DNA from: an uncultured Trueperaceae bacterium
Lineage (GTDB): Bacteria; Deinococcota; Deinococci; Deinococcales; Trueperaceae
Direction: 5' to 3'
DNA: 64,000 bases
Assembly (NCBI GenBank): GCA_963727505.1
Contig: CAVSGP010000009.1
Coordinates: forward strand, 681,449-745,448
A program made the position numbers and the translations under genes. The notes beneath the pieces are model-generated. The model was not told the DNA's origin, did no database searches, and saw only the letters and a program-made list of their open reading frames with translations. Below, piece after piece: positions 1 through 10,824 of this stretch. The number at the start of each line of letters is the position of its first letter. Positions within the stretch are counted from its first letter, which is position 1.

Positions 1-476
1 GGGATGGAGCGCTGCAGGATCTGTACGACCTGCGCAGGGTCATTGTTGACCTTGTAGAACTTCTGCACCGTGTTCGGCGGCGGGGGCGTCTGGGCCTGTG
101 TGGTCTCGGTGCTGGCCGGCTTCTGCTGCAACTTGCTGATCGTCGAGGGTGGGCCCACCACGACCACGTCGTTGGGGAGCAGGGCGTAGTCGAGATCGTT
201 GAGCTGCAGCACGATGTTCCAGACCTGTCGGAACGGCTTCGGTGAGCCGATGTCGTACGTGATGGTCTTGTCCGGGACGTCGTTGACGATGGCGGTCAGG
301 CCGATGGACTGCGCCAACGCCGACACCATGGCCCGGAGGGACTCGCCGTTGGTCCCGGTGGTGAGCTCGACCGTCTGATCGAACTTGGGGTTGTCCGGCA
401 GGGGAGTCAGCTGGGACTGGGCCGACGCGAGCCCCACCAGGGCGAGGAACGTGAGGAGGACCAGGATACGTTGCAT
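1..476 (-). CDS. pilQ: Type IV pilus secretin PilQ, N-terminal part (runs off the window start)
   Basis: Not in the ORF track. Hand translation from ATG 476 gives MQRILVLLTFLALVGLASAQSQLTPLPDNPKFDQTVELTT...KPFRQVWNIVLQLNDLDYALLPNDVVVVGP: a signal peptide plus a secretin N-domain-like segment, last gene of pilMNOW(Q). Confidence 0.8.
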   Translation of the reverse strand, partial: MQRILVLLTFLALVGLASAQSQLTPLPDNPKFDQTVELTTGTNGESLRAMVSALAQSIGLTAIVNDVPDKTITYDIGSPKPFRQVWNIVLQLNDLDYALLPNDVVVVGPPSTISKLQQKPASTETTQAQTPPPPNTVQKFYKVNNDPAQVVQILQRSI

Positions 477-478
477 GA

Positions 479-1615
479 TCACCGCCTGAGATCCAAGGAG
501 AGGCTCTGCGTGGAGTCGTTGAGCGTGAACACGGCCTCATGGCCGCGGAGGTCGGTCAGCGTGATCTTGGTGTCGGGGAGGTCCTGTCCCAGCGGCACGA
601 CCACGGGCATCTTGTACTGGTTCGAGCGGAAGACGCCGACGCTGACGGGCCCGAGAACGGTGCCCGTGAATTGGACGTTGTTGTCGCGGAGGTAGCGACT
701 CAGGGAGTCGGTCCCGGCCTGGAGAGGCGCGTTGCCGTTGCCCGTGCCCGCCTGAGCGGCGGTCTGAGCCGCGTTCGCCTGCCCAGGACCGAGGACGCCG
801 GGCACCGACGGACCCGTGGTGAGGGAGCCGACCTGCGAGATGGTGCCGAGCGATGCGGATTCTGCGCCCGTGGGTTCGCGGACGGCCGCGACGGCGCCGA
901 GGTCCTTGGGCGCCGACGAGCTCGCCTGCGCGCGTGTCGACTGCAGCACGCTCGGCGTGGTGGGCAGCATGCCGGAGGGGAGCGCATGGGGAAGACCACT
1001 CGCCTGCGGCGGCGGCGGCGACACCGGCTGCGGTGCCGGCGCCTCGGCCAGCTTCGGTGGGCTGGCGGCCTGGTTCGAGGGCGCGGCCGCCGTCGTGACC
1101 TGCTGCGAGGCCGGCGGCTGAGCCGAAGCCTGCGTCGGGGCCGGTGCCGCTGGTGGGGCCTGGACCACGATGGGCGAGAAGGGGTTGACGCTCATGCGCT
1201 GCGCCGAAGCGGAGCTCTGCGTGCTGCCGGTCGCGGTCGCGGTGCCGGCGCCGTTGGCGCTGCTGCCCGCGGCAGCCTGGCCCGAGGCGGGCGGCTGCGT
1301 CACGAGGAAGGGCAACTCGGAGACCTGGAGGTCGCGCGTGGCAACGGCCGGCTTGTTCGGCGCCACCACGGGGGCCGCGTTCTGGTTCGCGGGTGTAGCG
1401 GCCGTCTGGGCCTGCGAGTCGGGAGCCGATGCGGGGGCCGCTGACGAGGACGACGTTGACGAAGGAGCTGCATTGGACGACGCCGGCGGCGTCGTGATCG
1501 CCGTCACCGGCGTCGCGGCCGGCTGCTCCTGGGAGAAGAAGTTCACCCAGAAGAACGCGGCGGCGGCGAGCAGCAGGACGGCGATGAGGATGCGCGCGGT
1601 TCTGGAGAGCGTCAT
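479..1615 (-). CDS. pilW: PilW-like pilus assembly protein (N-terminal TM anchor, long Ala/Pro/Ser/Gln-rich linker, small C-terminal beta domain)
   Basis: Lies between pilO and pilQ as in the Thermus pilMNOWQ operon; 4-nt overlap with pilO. Confidence 0.65.
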   Translation of the reverse strand: MTLSRTARILIAVLLLAAAAFFWVNFFSQEQPAATPVTAITTPPASSNAAPSSTSSSSAAPASAPDSQAQTAATPANQNAAPVVAPNKPAVATRDLQVSELPFLVTQPPASGQAAAGSSANGAGTATATGSTQSSASAQRMSVNPFSPIVVQAPPAAPAPTQASAQPPASQQVTTAAAPSNQAASPPKLAEAPAPQPVSPPPPQASGLPHALPSGMLPTTPSVLQSTRAQASSSAPKDLGAVAAVREPTGAESASLGTISQVGSLTTGPSVPGVLGPGQANAAQTAAQAGTGNGNAPLQAGTDSLSRYLRDNNVQFTGTVLGPVSVGVFRSNQYKMPVVVPLGQDLPDTKITLTDLRGHEAVFTLNDSTQSLSLDLRR

Positions 1616-2205
1616 GGCGTCCCCGCCCCCGGATCCTTGCCCGTGTAGACGTAGACCGTGAACTGGAAGTTGGCGGTCAGATCGGGGTTGCTGGTGGCGT
1701 TGCCCTGGACGTTCAGGCCCACCTGGTGGATCTTGGTGAAGCGCTGCAGGGCCTCGAGCTTACCGAGGAAGTCCATGGTGTTCACGAACGTACCTGTCGT
1801 CGCGATCGTGAAGCCGATCGGCCGGACGTCTTGCACCGTGCCCTGGCCACCTCCCTGACCGAAGCTGTTGACCGTGACCTGGCTGTCGGCGGCCGAGGTC
1901 CTCAACTGGTCGATGAGGCCGGAGATGTCGCTCTCCTTGGGGAGCTGGGCCAGGAAGCTGCGCCGGTCCTGCTCGAGCTGCGCCACCGCCGCGCGCAGGT
2001 CGGGCAGGTTGCGCCTTGCCTGCTCGCCTCGCTGGATCTGGGTGTTGAGCTGGGCGATGTCGTTCTGCAGCGTCGTGATGTGGTCCTGCGTGGGGCGGTA
2101 CATGTAGAAGTACCACAACAGGGCGACCGCGATGGAGAGCACGATCGCGAGGATCGCGATGTCGCGCTGCCGCAGCTTGCGGAGGCTGAAGTTACCGAAG
2201 TTCAT
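1612..2205 (-). CDS. pilO: Type IV pilus assembly protein PilO
   Basis: TM helix, coiled coil and LAQLPKE...F..L..LQRF pattern; operon position. Confidence 0.9.
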   Translation of the reverse strand: MNFGNFSLRKLRQRDIAILAIVLSIAVALLWYFYMYRPTQDHITTLQNDIAQLNTQIQRGEQARRNLPDLRAAVAQLEQDRRSFLAQLPKESDISGLIDQLRTSAADSQVTVNSFGQGGGQGTVQDVRPIGFTIATTGTFVNTMDFLGKLEALQRFTKIHQVGLNVQGNATSNPDLTANFQFTVYVYTGKDPGAGTP

Positions 2206-2813
2206 GGCTGGCTCCCGGCCAGGGCGCCGACCGTCAGGCTGTAGCTATAGAGGTCGCTGGTGCCCTGACGAGACGCGTTCTGGAAGGAGACGCCGTAGCT
2301 GTTGGAGGTCTCGAGCGTGTGGATGAACCGCGCCAGCACCTCGGGATCGACCACGTCCCCGCTGACGTTGAGCTCGGCGATCACGCTCTTGCCCTCGTAC
2401 TTGTTGGGGTCGCTGCGCGGCGGATTGACAGCGCTCATACTCAGGCTCTTGAAGTCGATGTTGGGGCGGGCGCCGGTACCTCGGGGCGGAAGCGTCTCGA
2501 GCAGACCGGAGATCTCGCCGGTCCACAGGATGCGGTTCTGGTGGACCGCCTTCTCCACGGCGATGAGCTGGTTGAGATCGCGCTGCCGCTGCAACAGGCT
2601 CTGCTGCTCCTGGAGGTAGGGCTGCAGCAACGCCAGCTGGTCGGAGCGCGCCTGCTTCTCGGTCTGGAGGTTCTGCTGGGTCTGGTAGGCGAACGTCTGG
2701 AAGACGAACGCCAGTCCGAGCACCAGGAGCGGGAAGGCGATCGCCAGGATGCGCCAGTAGCCGGGCTCGCGGACGCGCCGCAGATTCTTGGGAAGCAGGT
2801 TGACATTAATCAA
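2202..2813 (-). CDS. pilN: Type IV pilus assembly protein PilN
   Basis: N-terminal INVNLLP PilM-binding motif, then TM helix and coiled coil. Confidence 0.92.
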   Translation of the reverse strand: MINVNLLPKNLRRVREPGYWRILAIAFPLLVLGLAFVFQTFAYQTQQNLQTEKQARSDQLALLQPYLQEQQSLLQRQRDLNQLIAVEKAVHQNRILWTGEISGLLETLPPRGTGARPNIDFKSLSMSAVNPPRSDPNKYEGKSVIAELNVSGDVVDPEVLARFIHTLETSNSYGVSFQNASRQGTSDLYSYSLTVGALAGSQP

Positions 2814-3993
2814 CGCCCGCCACCCCTCTCAATGCGAGCCCCAGGGGCACCGCGAACTCGGGACCCCACTTCTGGAGGTACTGGCTGTCGAAGCGGGTCT
2901 CGTCGTAATGGACGGTGAGCCACGGATCGCCGAGCTCCACGCGGAAGCCGAGGGCGTCGCCGATGGCCTCTGGCAGGCCGCGCAGCTTGGCGCCGCCGCC
3001 CGTCACCACCATGCGGCTGATGTTGGCGTCGCCGGTCTGGACCCGGAAGAACTCGAGGCTGCGGCGGATCTCAGTGGTGAGATCGACCAGCACCGGGCGC
3101 AGCGATTCGTAGACCCGGCTGGGGCTGAACTGCTCGCGCTTGGCATCGAAGTTGAGGAGCTCTTCCTCGTCCTCGGTGGGGATGGTCGCCGTGCCGTAGT
3201 CGAGCTTGACCTCCTCGGCGCTGTCGAAGTCGAGGCCGAAGGAGCGTTGGATGGCCGCGGTGAAGTCGTCGCCGCTGACCCCGATGTTGCGGTTCATCAG
3301 CACCCTCTCGCCGCGGACCAGGGTGATGGTGGTGTTGGAGGCGGCGATCTCGAGCACGACGCCGATCTCGTTGGCCTCCGTGTAGCCGGTGCCCGACAGG
3401 GTGGTCTTGGTGAGGTGCTCGCCAAGGAGCGAGCCCTTCAGCGAGCGCAGCAGCGTGAAGGGCTTGACGTCGAGCACCAGCGGCTCGAGCCCGGCCTGCT
3501 TGAGGTACTCGACCTGCTGCGTGACCTGGTCGAGCCGCGCCGCGGCGATGACCACCTCGAGCTGCCCGCCCTCCTCGATGTCGTCGGGGTTGTCGAGCAC
3601 GTAGTAGTCGAGCACGACCTCGTCGATCGGGAAGGGGATGTAGCGCTCCGCCTCCCACTTGATCGCTTCGTCGAGCTCCTGCATGGTCATCTTTGGAACG
3701 TGGATGTTACGGGTGATCGCTTGCCGGTTGCTCACGGCCGCCACCGCGAACCGCTTGTGGACGCCCGCTTCGTCCATCAGGGCCTTGATCTCGTCGGCCA
3801 GCCCACGCGCGTCGACCACCTGGTCGTCCTGGATGAGACCAGGGGGCATGGGGCGGACAGACATCGCGACCAGGGTCGGCGGGTTCCCTGGTCGAAGCTC
3901 CACCACCTTGAGCGCACTGGTGCCCACCTCTAGACCGACTGCCTCGATCCTCGGGCTGAGCATGCGCGCCAGGCGCTCGCGCATTGAGGGCAT
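2806..3993 (-). CDS. pilM: Type IV pilus assembly ATPase-like protein PilM
   Basis: GLEVGTSALKVVEL, WEAERYIPFPIDEVVLDY, TGGGAKL and GLALRG motifs; SD GAGGAGG upstream. Confidence 0.96.
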   Translation of the reverse strand: MPSMRERLARMLSPRIEAVGLEVGTSALKVVELRPGNPPTLVAMSVRPMPPGLIQDDQVVDARGLADEIKALMDEAGVHKRFAVAAVSNRQAITRNIHVPKMTMQELDEAIKWEAERYIPFPIDEVVLDYYVLDNPDDIEEGGQLEVVIAAARLDQVTQQVEYLKQAGLEPLVLDVKPFTLLRSLKGSLLGEHLTKTTLSGTGYTEANEIGVVLEIAASNTTITLVRGERVLMNRNIGVSGDDFTAAIQRSFGLDFDSAEEVKLDYGTATIPTEDEEELLNFDAKREQFSPSRVYESLRPVLVDLTTEIRRSLEFFRVQTGDANISRMVVTGGGAKLRGLPEAIGDALGFRVELGDPWLTVHYDETRFDSQYLQKWGPEFAVPLGLALRGVAGVD

Positions 3994-4100
3994 AACGTCT
4001 CCTCCTCGTAAATCAAGCGGAGTCTATCACGGTGCCCTCATAGCGCCGAGTGAAATATTCGCAAGCGTGTCGGGTTTCCTGCCCCTTGCTGGACGGCGAT

Positions 4101-6008
<1,908 letters not shown>

Positions 6009-6081
6009 AGGTCAGTCTACCTCCCGCGCCATGAGCCCCACGTTGGTGAGACGATGGGGGTTCCTTCATGCTCGCTGCGGT

Positions 6082-7410
6082 TCAGGGGGCGCGAGCCAGA
6101 TCGTTGAAGCGCACGTGCGCGTTGTGGAATTGCAGCTCAAGCGTTCCGGTCGGACCGTTGCGTTGCTTGCCGATGATGACCTCGGCGATACCGTGCTTCT
6201 CCGACTGCTGGTCGTAGTACTCGTCGCGGTAGATGAACATCACGAGGTCGGCGTCCTGCTCGATGGCACCACTTTCACGCAGGTCCGACAGCATCGGCCG
6301 CTTGTTGGGCCGGCTCTCGACGGCGCGCGATAGCTGCGAGAGCACCAGCACTGGGATGTCGAGCTCGCGGGCGAGCGCCTTGAGCCCGCGCGAGATGGCC
6401 GAGATCTCCTGCTGGCGGTTCTCACCGGTGCTGCGGGTCCCGGCAGACATGAGCTGCAGGTAGTCGACGACAAGCAGCCCCAGGTCGTGTTCGGCGGTCA
6501 GTCGACGAGCGCGGGAACGCAGCTCCATCACCGTCAGGTCGGGGTTGTCGTCGATGAAGATGCGCGCGTCCGACATACGCCCGGCGGTGTCGGCGAGGCG
6601 CTGGAAGTCGCGGTCGGAGAGCTGGCCGTTGCGCACCCGGCTCATGTCGACCCGCGCCTCCGAGCAGAGCATGCGGGTGACCAGCTGCACGGCCGACATC
6701 TCCAGCGAGAAGATGCCGACGCTGACCTCGTCGCGCAGCGCGGCGTTGAGCGCCATGCTGAGCGCGAGCGCCGTCTTGCCCATCGAAGGGCGCGCAGCGA
6801 GCACGTTCAGGCTCGACGGCTGGAGCCCCGCGGTCATGTTGTCGAGCTCTTTGAAGCCCGTGCGCATGCCCGAGACGGGATCGGGGTTCGCGAACAGCTC
6901 GTTGATGTGGGCGAAGGTCTCGGTGACGAGCGTCGTCATGCCCTCGAACTGCGTGCGGCGCTTCTTGGTGGCCAGGTCGAAGATGTTCTGCTCGGCCTGG
7001 TCCAACACCTCGTCGAGCGGCCCGGCCTGATCGTAGGCGAGTTGCATGATGCGCCCGCTGGCCGAGATGAGTTCGCGCAGCGTCGCCTTTTCCAGCACGA
7101 TGCGCGCGTAGCTGTCGGCGTACGCCGCGGTCGGAACGCTGTCGGCGAGGCCGATGAGATAGGGGACGCTGCCCACGCTCTCGAGCTCGCCCGATTGCCG
7201 GAGCTCCTCCGTGAGCGTGACCAGGTCCATGGGTTCGCCGCTGCGGAACAGGCGCTCGATGGCGCGGAAGATCTTGCGGTGCCCCTCCTTGTAGAAGTGG
7301 CCGGCCGCTAGCACCCCTTCCAGCGACGCGTAGGTCTCGTTGTCCAGAAGGATGCTGCCCAGAACGCTCTGTTCGGCCTCGAGATTATGGGGGGGTGTTC
7401 GGCTCTCCAC
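6082..7410 (-). CDS. dnaB: Replicative DNA helicase DnaB (start probably the leaderless GTG at 7410; the ORF track uses ATG 7419)
   Basis: PPHNLEAEQSVLG, AARPSMGKT, VVDYLQLM, LSQLSRAVE and SDLRESGAIEQDAD motifs; no intein-sized insertion. Confidence 0.97.
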   Translation of the reverse strand: MESRTPPHNLEAEQSVLGSILLDNETYASLEGVLAAGHFYKEGHRKIFRAIERLFRSGEPMDLVTLTEELRQSGELESVGSVPYLIGLADSVPTAAYADSYARIVLEKATLRELISASGRIMQLAYDQAGPLDEVLDQAEQNIFDLATKKRRTQFEGMTTLVTETFAHINELFANPDPVSGMRTGFKELDNMTAGLQPSSLNVLAARPSMGKTALALSMALNAALRDEVSVGIFSLEMSAVQLVTRMLCSEARVDMSRVRNGQLSDRDFQRLADTAGRMSDARIFIDDNPDLTVMELRSRARRLTAEHDLGLLVVDYLQLMSAGTRSTGENRQQEISAISRGLKALARELDIPVLVLSQLSRAVESRPNKRPMLSDLRESGAIEQDADLVMFIYRDEYYDQQSEKHGIAEVIIGKQRNGPTGTLELQFHNAHVRFNDLARAP

Positions 7411-7532
7411 GCCGGCCATTGTACGTTGCGCCGCCGGCAGGCTCGACGGGTGAGGGGGGAAGAGGCCCGGTCGGCAGGGTGGAGGGCGGGACCGGTGCCG
7501 CGCAGACGGCCCGCGGCTAGAATGGTGAGCGC

Positions 7533-9245
7533 ATGGGCGGGATCTTCACAGCGGTCGCAGGGTTGGCGCTGGCGTGGCTGGTCGGCTCGGTGCCGCTGGG
7601 CTCCACGCTGGTCCGGTGGCTCTCCGGTACGGAGCCAGCGGAGGTCAACCCCCATCTCATCGGAGTGGAGAACGTCTACCGCATGGTCGGGGCGCCTGCG
7701 GCTCTGGCGGCCTTCGCGCTCGACGTGCTCAAGGGCGCCGTGGCCGTGGTGCTGGTGCCTGTGGCGCCGCTCGGTGCGCTGGGCGTCTACCTGGGTCATC
7801 TCTACCCGTTGGGCCTACCCGGCCGGGCCAGGCCCCCGCGGGGCCGCGGCAACGGGGTGCTGTTGGGTGCGCTGGCCGCGCTCTCGATCACAGGAGGGCT
7901 GCCCTGGCTGGCGTTGGCGCTTCCGATCTGGACGTACGCCGGCGTGCTCGCGGCCCGCCGTTACGTGGCCCTCGCGACCGTGAGCGGGCTGGCGGTGCTG
8001 GCGGCGGCGTCCGTGATGGCCTGGGTCGCTGGAGCGGCCGGGTCGCTGGCTGCCCTCGCGGCGGTACTCGTCGCGGCTTCGGGGGCCTGGCGCCAGAAGG
8101 CCGCCCTGGCACGGGTGCGCGACGGAACCGAGGCGCGCCTCGGCGATCCGCCCGCGGTGCGGGGACTCGAACCGGACACTCTGCTGTGCGCCTTCCTCGT
8201 GCACCCCATGACGGTGGACGACCTGTGGCAGCCCCCGAGCCAGCGCTGGCTGCGGCACCTGGCGGCCCGCGGCCTGCTGCCAGAAAGGGCGCTGCGCCGC
8301 ATCATGCTCCGCATGCGCCCCCAGAGCCAGGGGGTGATCGAGGGCGTCCGCTTGCCCGACGGCCGGCGCATGCGCGTGCTCCTGATCGGCGGCCCCATGC
8401 TGCCCGACCAGTTCGCCGCCCACCCCGACATCGCGCTGAGGATGGCCATCCAGGGCGCCCGGCTGGCGCACGAGCTCGGCGCCGAAGCGGTCGGGCTGGG
8501 CGCATTCTGGTCGACCGTCGGCGACAAGGGTCAGGACGTGCAGCGCGCAGTCCCCGAGATCGCGGTCACCAACGGCGGCGCCTACACGGCGGCGAGCGTG
8601 CGGGCGGCGGTCCCCGGCCTGCTCGAGCGCTTCGCGGCCGAAGGGGGCTCGCTGCGGCGCGCCACGGCAGCCGTCGTCGGCGCCAACGGTGTCGTGGCGT
8701 TCGGGGTGGCGCGCATGATCGCGCCCGAGGTGCGCGAGCTGGTGCTGGTCGGCCGCGACGCCCAACGGCTGCGGCGCAGCGCCCAGACGCTGCGCCGCAA
8801 GCATCCGGACACGGAGGTGCTCGCCACCACCGATCTCGCCGCGGTGGCCGGGGCCGATCTGGTATTCACCGCGACCTCCGATCCCGCACCCGTGTTGCGC
8901 CCCGAGCACATCCGGCCCGGAGCATGGGTCTTCGACCTGGGGCGGCCGGCCGATGTACACCCCAGCGTGCGGGAGGTTCCCGGCGTGCAGATCGTCCCGG
9001 GCGGCGTGGTGCGCCCGCCCGGCGCGATGCGGTCGCAGATCGACATCCGCTTCGGGGACGGGCTGGTCCCCGCCTGCCTGGCCGAAACGATGATCATGAC
9101 GGCCGCGCACGCCTTCGACCGCCGCAGCCTGGGGTCGGTCACGCGCACGGCGGATATCGCCTTCTACCTGCGCGAAGGGGAGCGGCTGGGCTTCGAGATC
9201 GTCACGCGCGACGAGCGGGTGGCGGAGTTGGAGGCCGCGCTGTGA
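7533..9245 (+). CDS. PlsY-like glycerol-3-phosphate acyltransferase membrane domain fused to an acyl-ACP-reductase-like NAD(P)-binding domain
   Basis: N-terminal half has GSVPLG, DVLKG, GHLYP and RVRDGTE (PlsY motifs). C-terminal half has FLVHP, GLGAF, TNG, VVGANG (Rossmann), DLGRPADV and PACLAE. Confidence 0.85.
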   Translation: MGGIFTAVAGLALAWLVGSVPLGSTLVRWLSGTEPAEVNPHLIGVENVYRMVGAPAALAAFALDVLKGAVAVVLVPVAPLGALGVYLGHLYPLGLPGRARPPRGRGNGVLLGALAALSITGGLPWLALALPIWTYAGVLAARRYVALATVSGLAVLAAASVMAWVAGAAGSLAALAAVLVAASGAWRQKAALARVRDGTEARLGDPPAVRGLEPDTLLCAFLVHPMTVDDLWQPPSQRWLRHLAARGLLPERALRRIMLRMRPQSQGVIEGVRLPDGRRMRVLLIGGPMLPDQFAAHPDIALRMAIQGARLAHELGAEAVGLGAFWSTVGDKGQDVQRAVPEIAVTNGGAYTAASVRAAVPGLLERFAAEGGSLRRATAAVVGANGVVAFGVARMIAPEVRELVLVGRDAQRLRRSAQTLRRKHPDTEVLATTDLAAVAGADLVFTATSDPAPVLRPEHIRPGAWVFDLGRPADVHPSVREVPGVQIVPGGVVRPPGAMRSQIDIRFGDGLVPACLAETMIMTAAHAFDRRSLGSVTRTADIAFYLREGERLGFEIVTRDERVAELEAAL

Positions 9246-9255
9246 GGCGCGCCCG

Positions 9256-10071
9256 GTGAAGGCGTTCCGCATGACGGGGCGGCTTGAGCCCGAGAGCCCC
9301 GCCGTGGCCCGGCTCTTCGAATGCGGATCGCTGGGCGCGGTGGAGGAGACCGGCGGGAGCGGTGTCGAGATCGTGGCGTACTTCGACCGCCAGGTCGAGC
9401 TGGGCCTCGAGGGGCGCTGGGAGGACGTCGAGACGTTCGATTACGTCGCCGCCTACCGGGCCGATCTGAAGGCGGTGCGGGTGGGCTCGCTGGTGGTCGC
9501 GCCCACCCACCGGCGCGCCGAGCTGGAGGCCGGCCAGCAGGTGGTATGGCTTGACCCCGGCACCGCCTTCGGGACCGGCCACCACGAGACGACGCGCCTG
9601 GCGCTGGGGACGCTGGTCAGTATCGACCTGGTCGGACGGAGCGTGCTCGACGTGGGCGCCGGGTCCGGCATCCTCACGGTGGCGGCCGACCGGCTCGGCG
9701 CGGGCCTGGCCCTCGGCGTCGATATCGATGCCGCCACCGTCGAGGTCGCGCGCCGCAACGCCGTGCTCAACCGCTCGCGGGCACGGTTCCTGACGGGTAG
9801 CGTCGACCATCCGGATCTTCCTGCGCGCTTCGACGTCATCGTCGCAAACCTCTACGCCGAGCTCCATGCCGCGCTGATGCCCGCCTACCTGGCCCGCCTG
9901 AACGCCGGCGGCGCGCTGCTGTTGACCGGCATCCTCACGCGGCTCGAGCCGACCGTACGTCGTGCGCTCCCCGAGGGACTGCCGTTCCGGGTGGAGCGGG
10001 AGGGTGAGTGGTCGCTGTTCGCGGTGCGCATGGGGAGCCTCGAGGCGGGGCGATCGAGGTGGACGCCATGA
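9256..10071 (+). CDS. prmA: Ribosomal protein L11 methyltransferase
   Basis: LDPGTAFGTGHHETT, VLDVGAGSGIL, DID and VANL motifs. Confidence 0.93.
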   Translation: MKAFRMTGRLEPESPAVARLFECGSLGAVEETGGSGVEIVAYFDRQVELGLEGRWEDVETFDYVAAYRADLKAVRVGSLVVAPTHRRAELEAGQQVVWLDPGTAFGTGHHETTRLALGTLVSIDLVGRSVLDVGAGSGILTVAADRLGAGLALGVDIDAATVEVARRNAVLNRSRARFLTGSVDHPDLPARFDVIVANLYAELHAALMPAYLARLNAGGALLLTGILTRLEPTVRRALPEGLPFRVEREGEWSLFAVRMGSLEAGRSRWTP

Positions 10072-10081
10072 GGTGGACGCC

Positions 10082-10528
10082 GTGAGCAGGGCAAGGACGC
10101 CACGGGGTTCTGCGTGGCGCCCGCGGCCGTGGGTACCGCTGTTGGCACCGCTCCTGGCGCTTCTCCTGGGGCTGGGCGCGTGCACGCCGCTCTACGTGCC
10201 GCCGGTTCCGGAACGCGTCCCCGTGCACGAGGTCGCACAGCTCGGTGACGCAAGCGCGTTGCGCCTCCGGGACGGCGTCCTGACCCTGCACGTGGTGCTC
10301 GATCGCATCCCCGACGCGGGTTGGCTGGCGGTGCAGTGGTTCGCGCCGGACGGCACCGAAGTTGCCTCGGACAGCGTCTGGGTCGCCCCGGCGAACGTGG
10401 GAGAGGGCCGCACTCTGGTGTTGCCGCCGCGCGTGAGCCCGAGCGCGGGCGAGTGGCGGGCGGTCGTCTCGCTCCGGGGCGAAGTGCTGCGGCAGTTCCG
10501 CGCGACCGTCACGGCGAACGCGTTGTAG
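10082..10528 (+). CDS. Putative lipoprotein
   Basis: GTG after a GAGGTGG SD; hydrophobic stretch ending in lipobox LGAC; beta-rich mature domain. Confidence 0.7.
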   Translation: MSRARTPRGSAWRPRPWVPLLAPLLALLLGLGACTPLYVPPVPERVPVHEVAQLGDASALRLRDGVLTLHVVLDRIPDAGWLAVQWFAPDGTEVASDSVWVAPANVGEGRTLVLPPRVSPSAGEWRAVVSLRGEVLRQFRATVTANAL

Positions 10529-10721
10529 GGACCCTCCTGTAGCCCGGAGCAACGGGGCCCGGCGGAACGGGGCGTCCACGCCGGGAGGGATGGTAGGAAG
10601 CGTGATCGCCGGCAAGCTAGACCGGTCCGTCTACGCTCGGAACGGTAGCCGATCGGCCGTTTTGAGCCACCGATCCATCGAACGAGGCGCCCACCCGCGT
10701 GCCGGGCGATGTGCGGTCCAG

Positions 10722-10757
10722 CAACAGGCACCGACCCCGATACGGGGCCGGTGCCTG
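10722..10757 (-). terminator. Hairpin terminator downstream of secDF (possibly bidirectional)
   Basis: Minus strand CAGGCACCGGCCCCG-TAT-CGGGGTCGGTGCCTG followed by a short TTG tail. Confidence 0.55.
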
Positions 10758-10824
10758 GGCGACGGGTCGCCTGGAGAGCGTCCCGGGAGCGTCATGGCGG
10801 GGGCCGCGTCGTCGCGGCCGGCGG

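Noticed and set aside
6082..7419. Intein in DnaB
   Set aside because: Normal length with contiguous helicase motifs.
10529..10720. Possible 6S or SRP RNA in the gap between convergent genes
   Set aside because: No SRP domain IV motif or 6S-like long closing stem with a central bubble could be identified.
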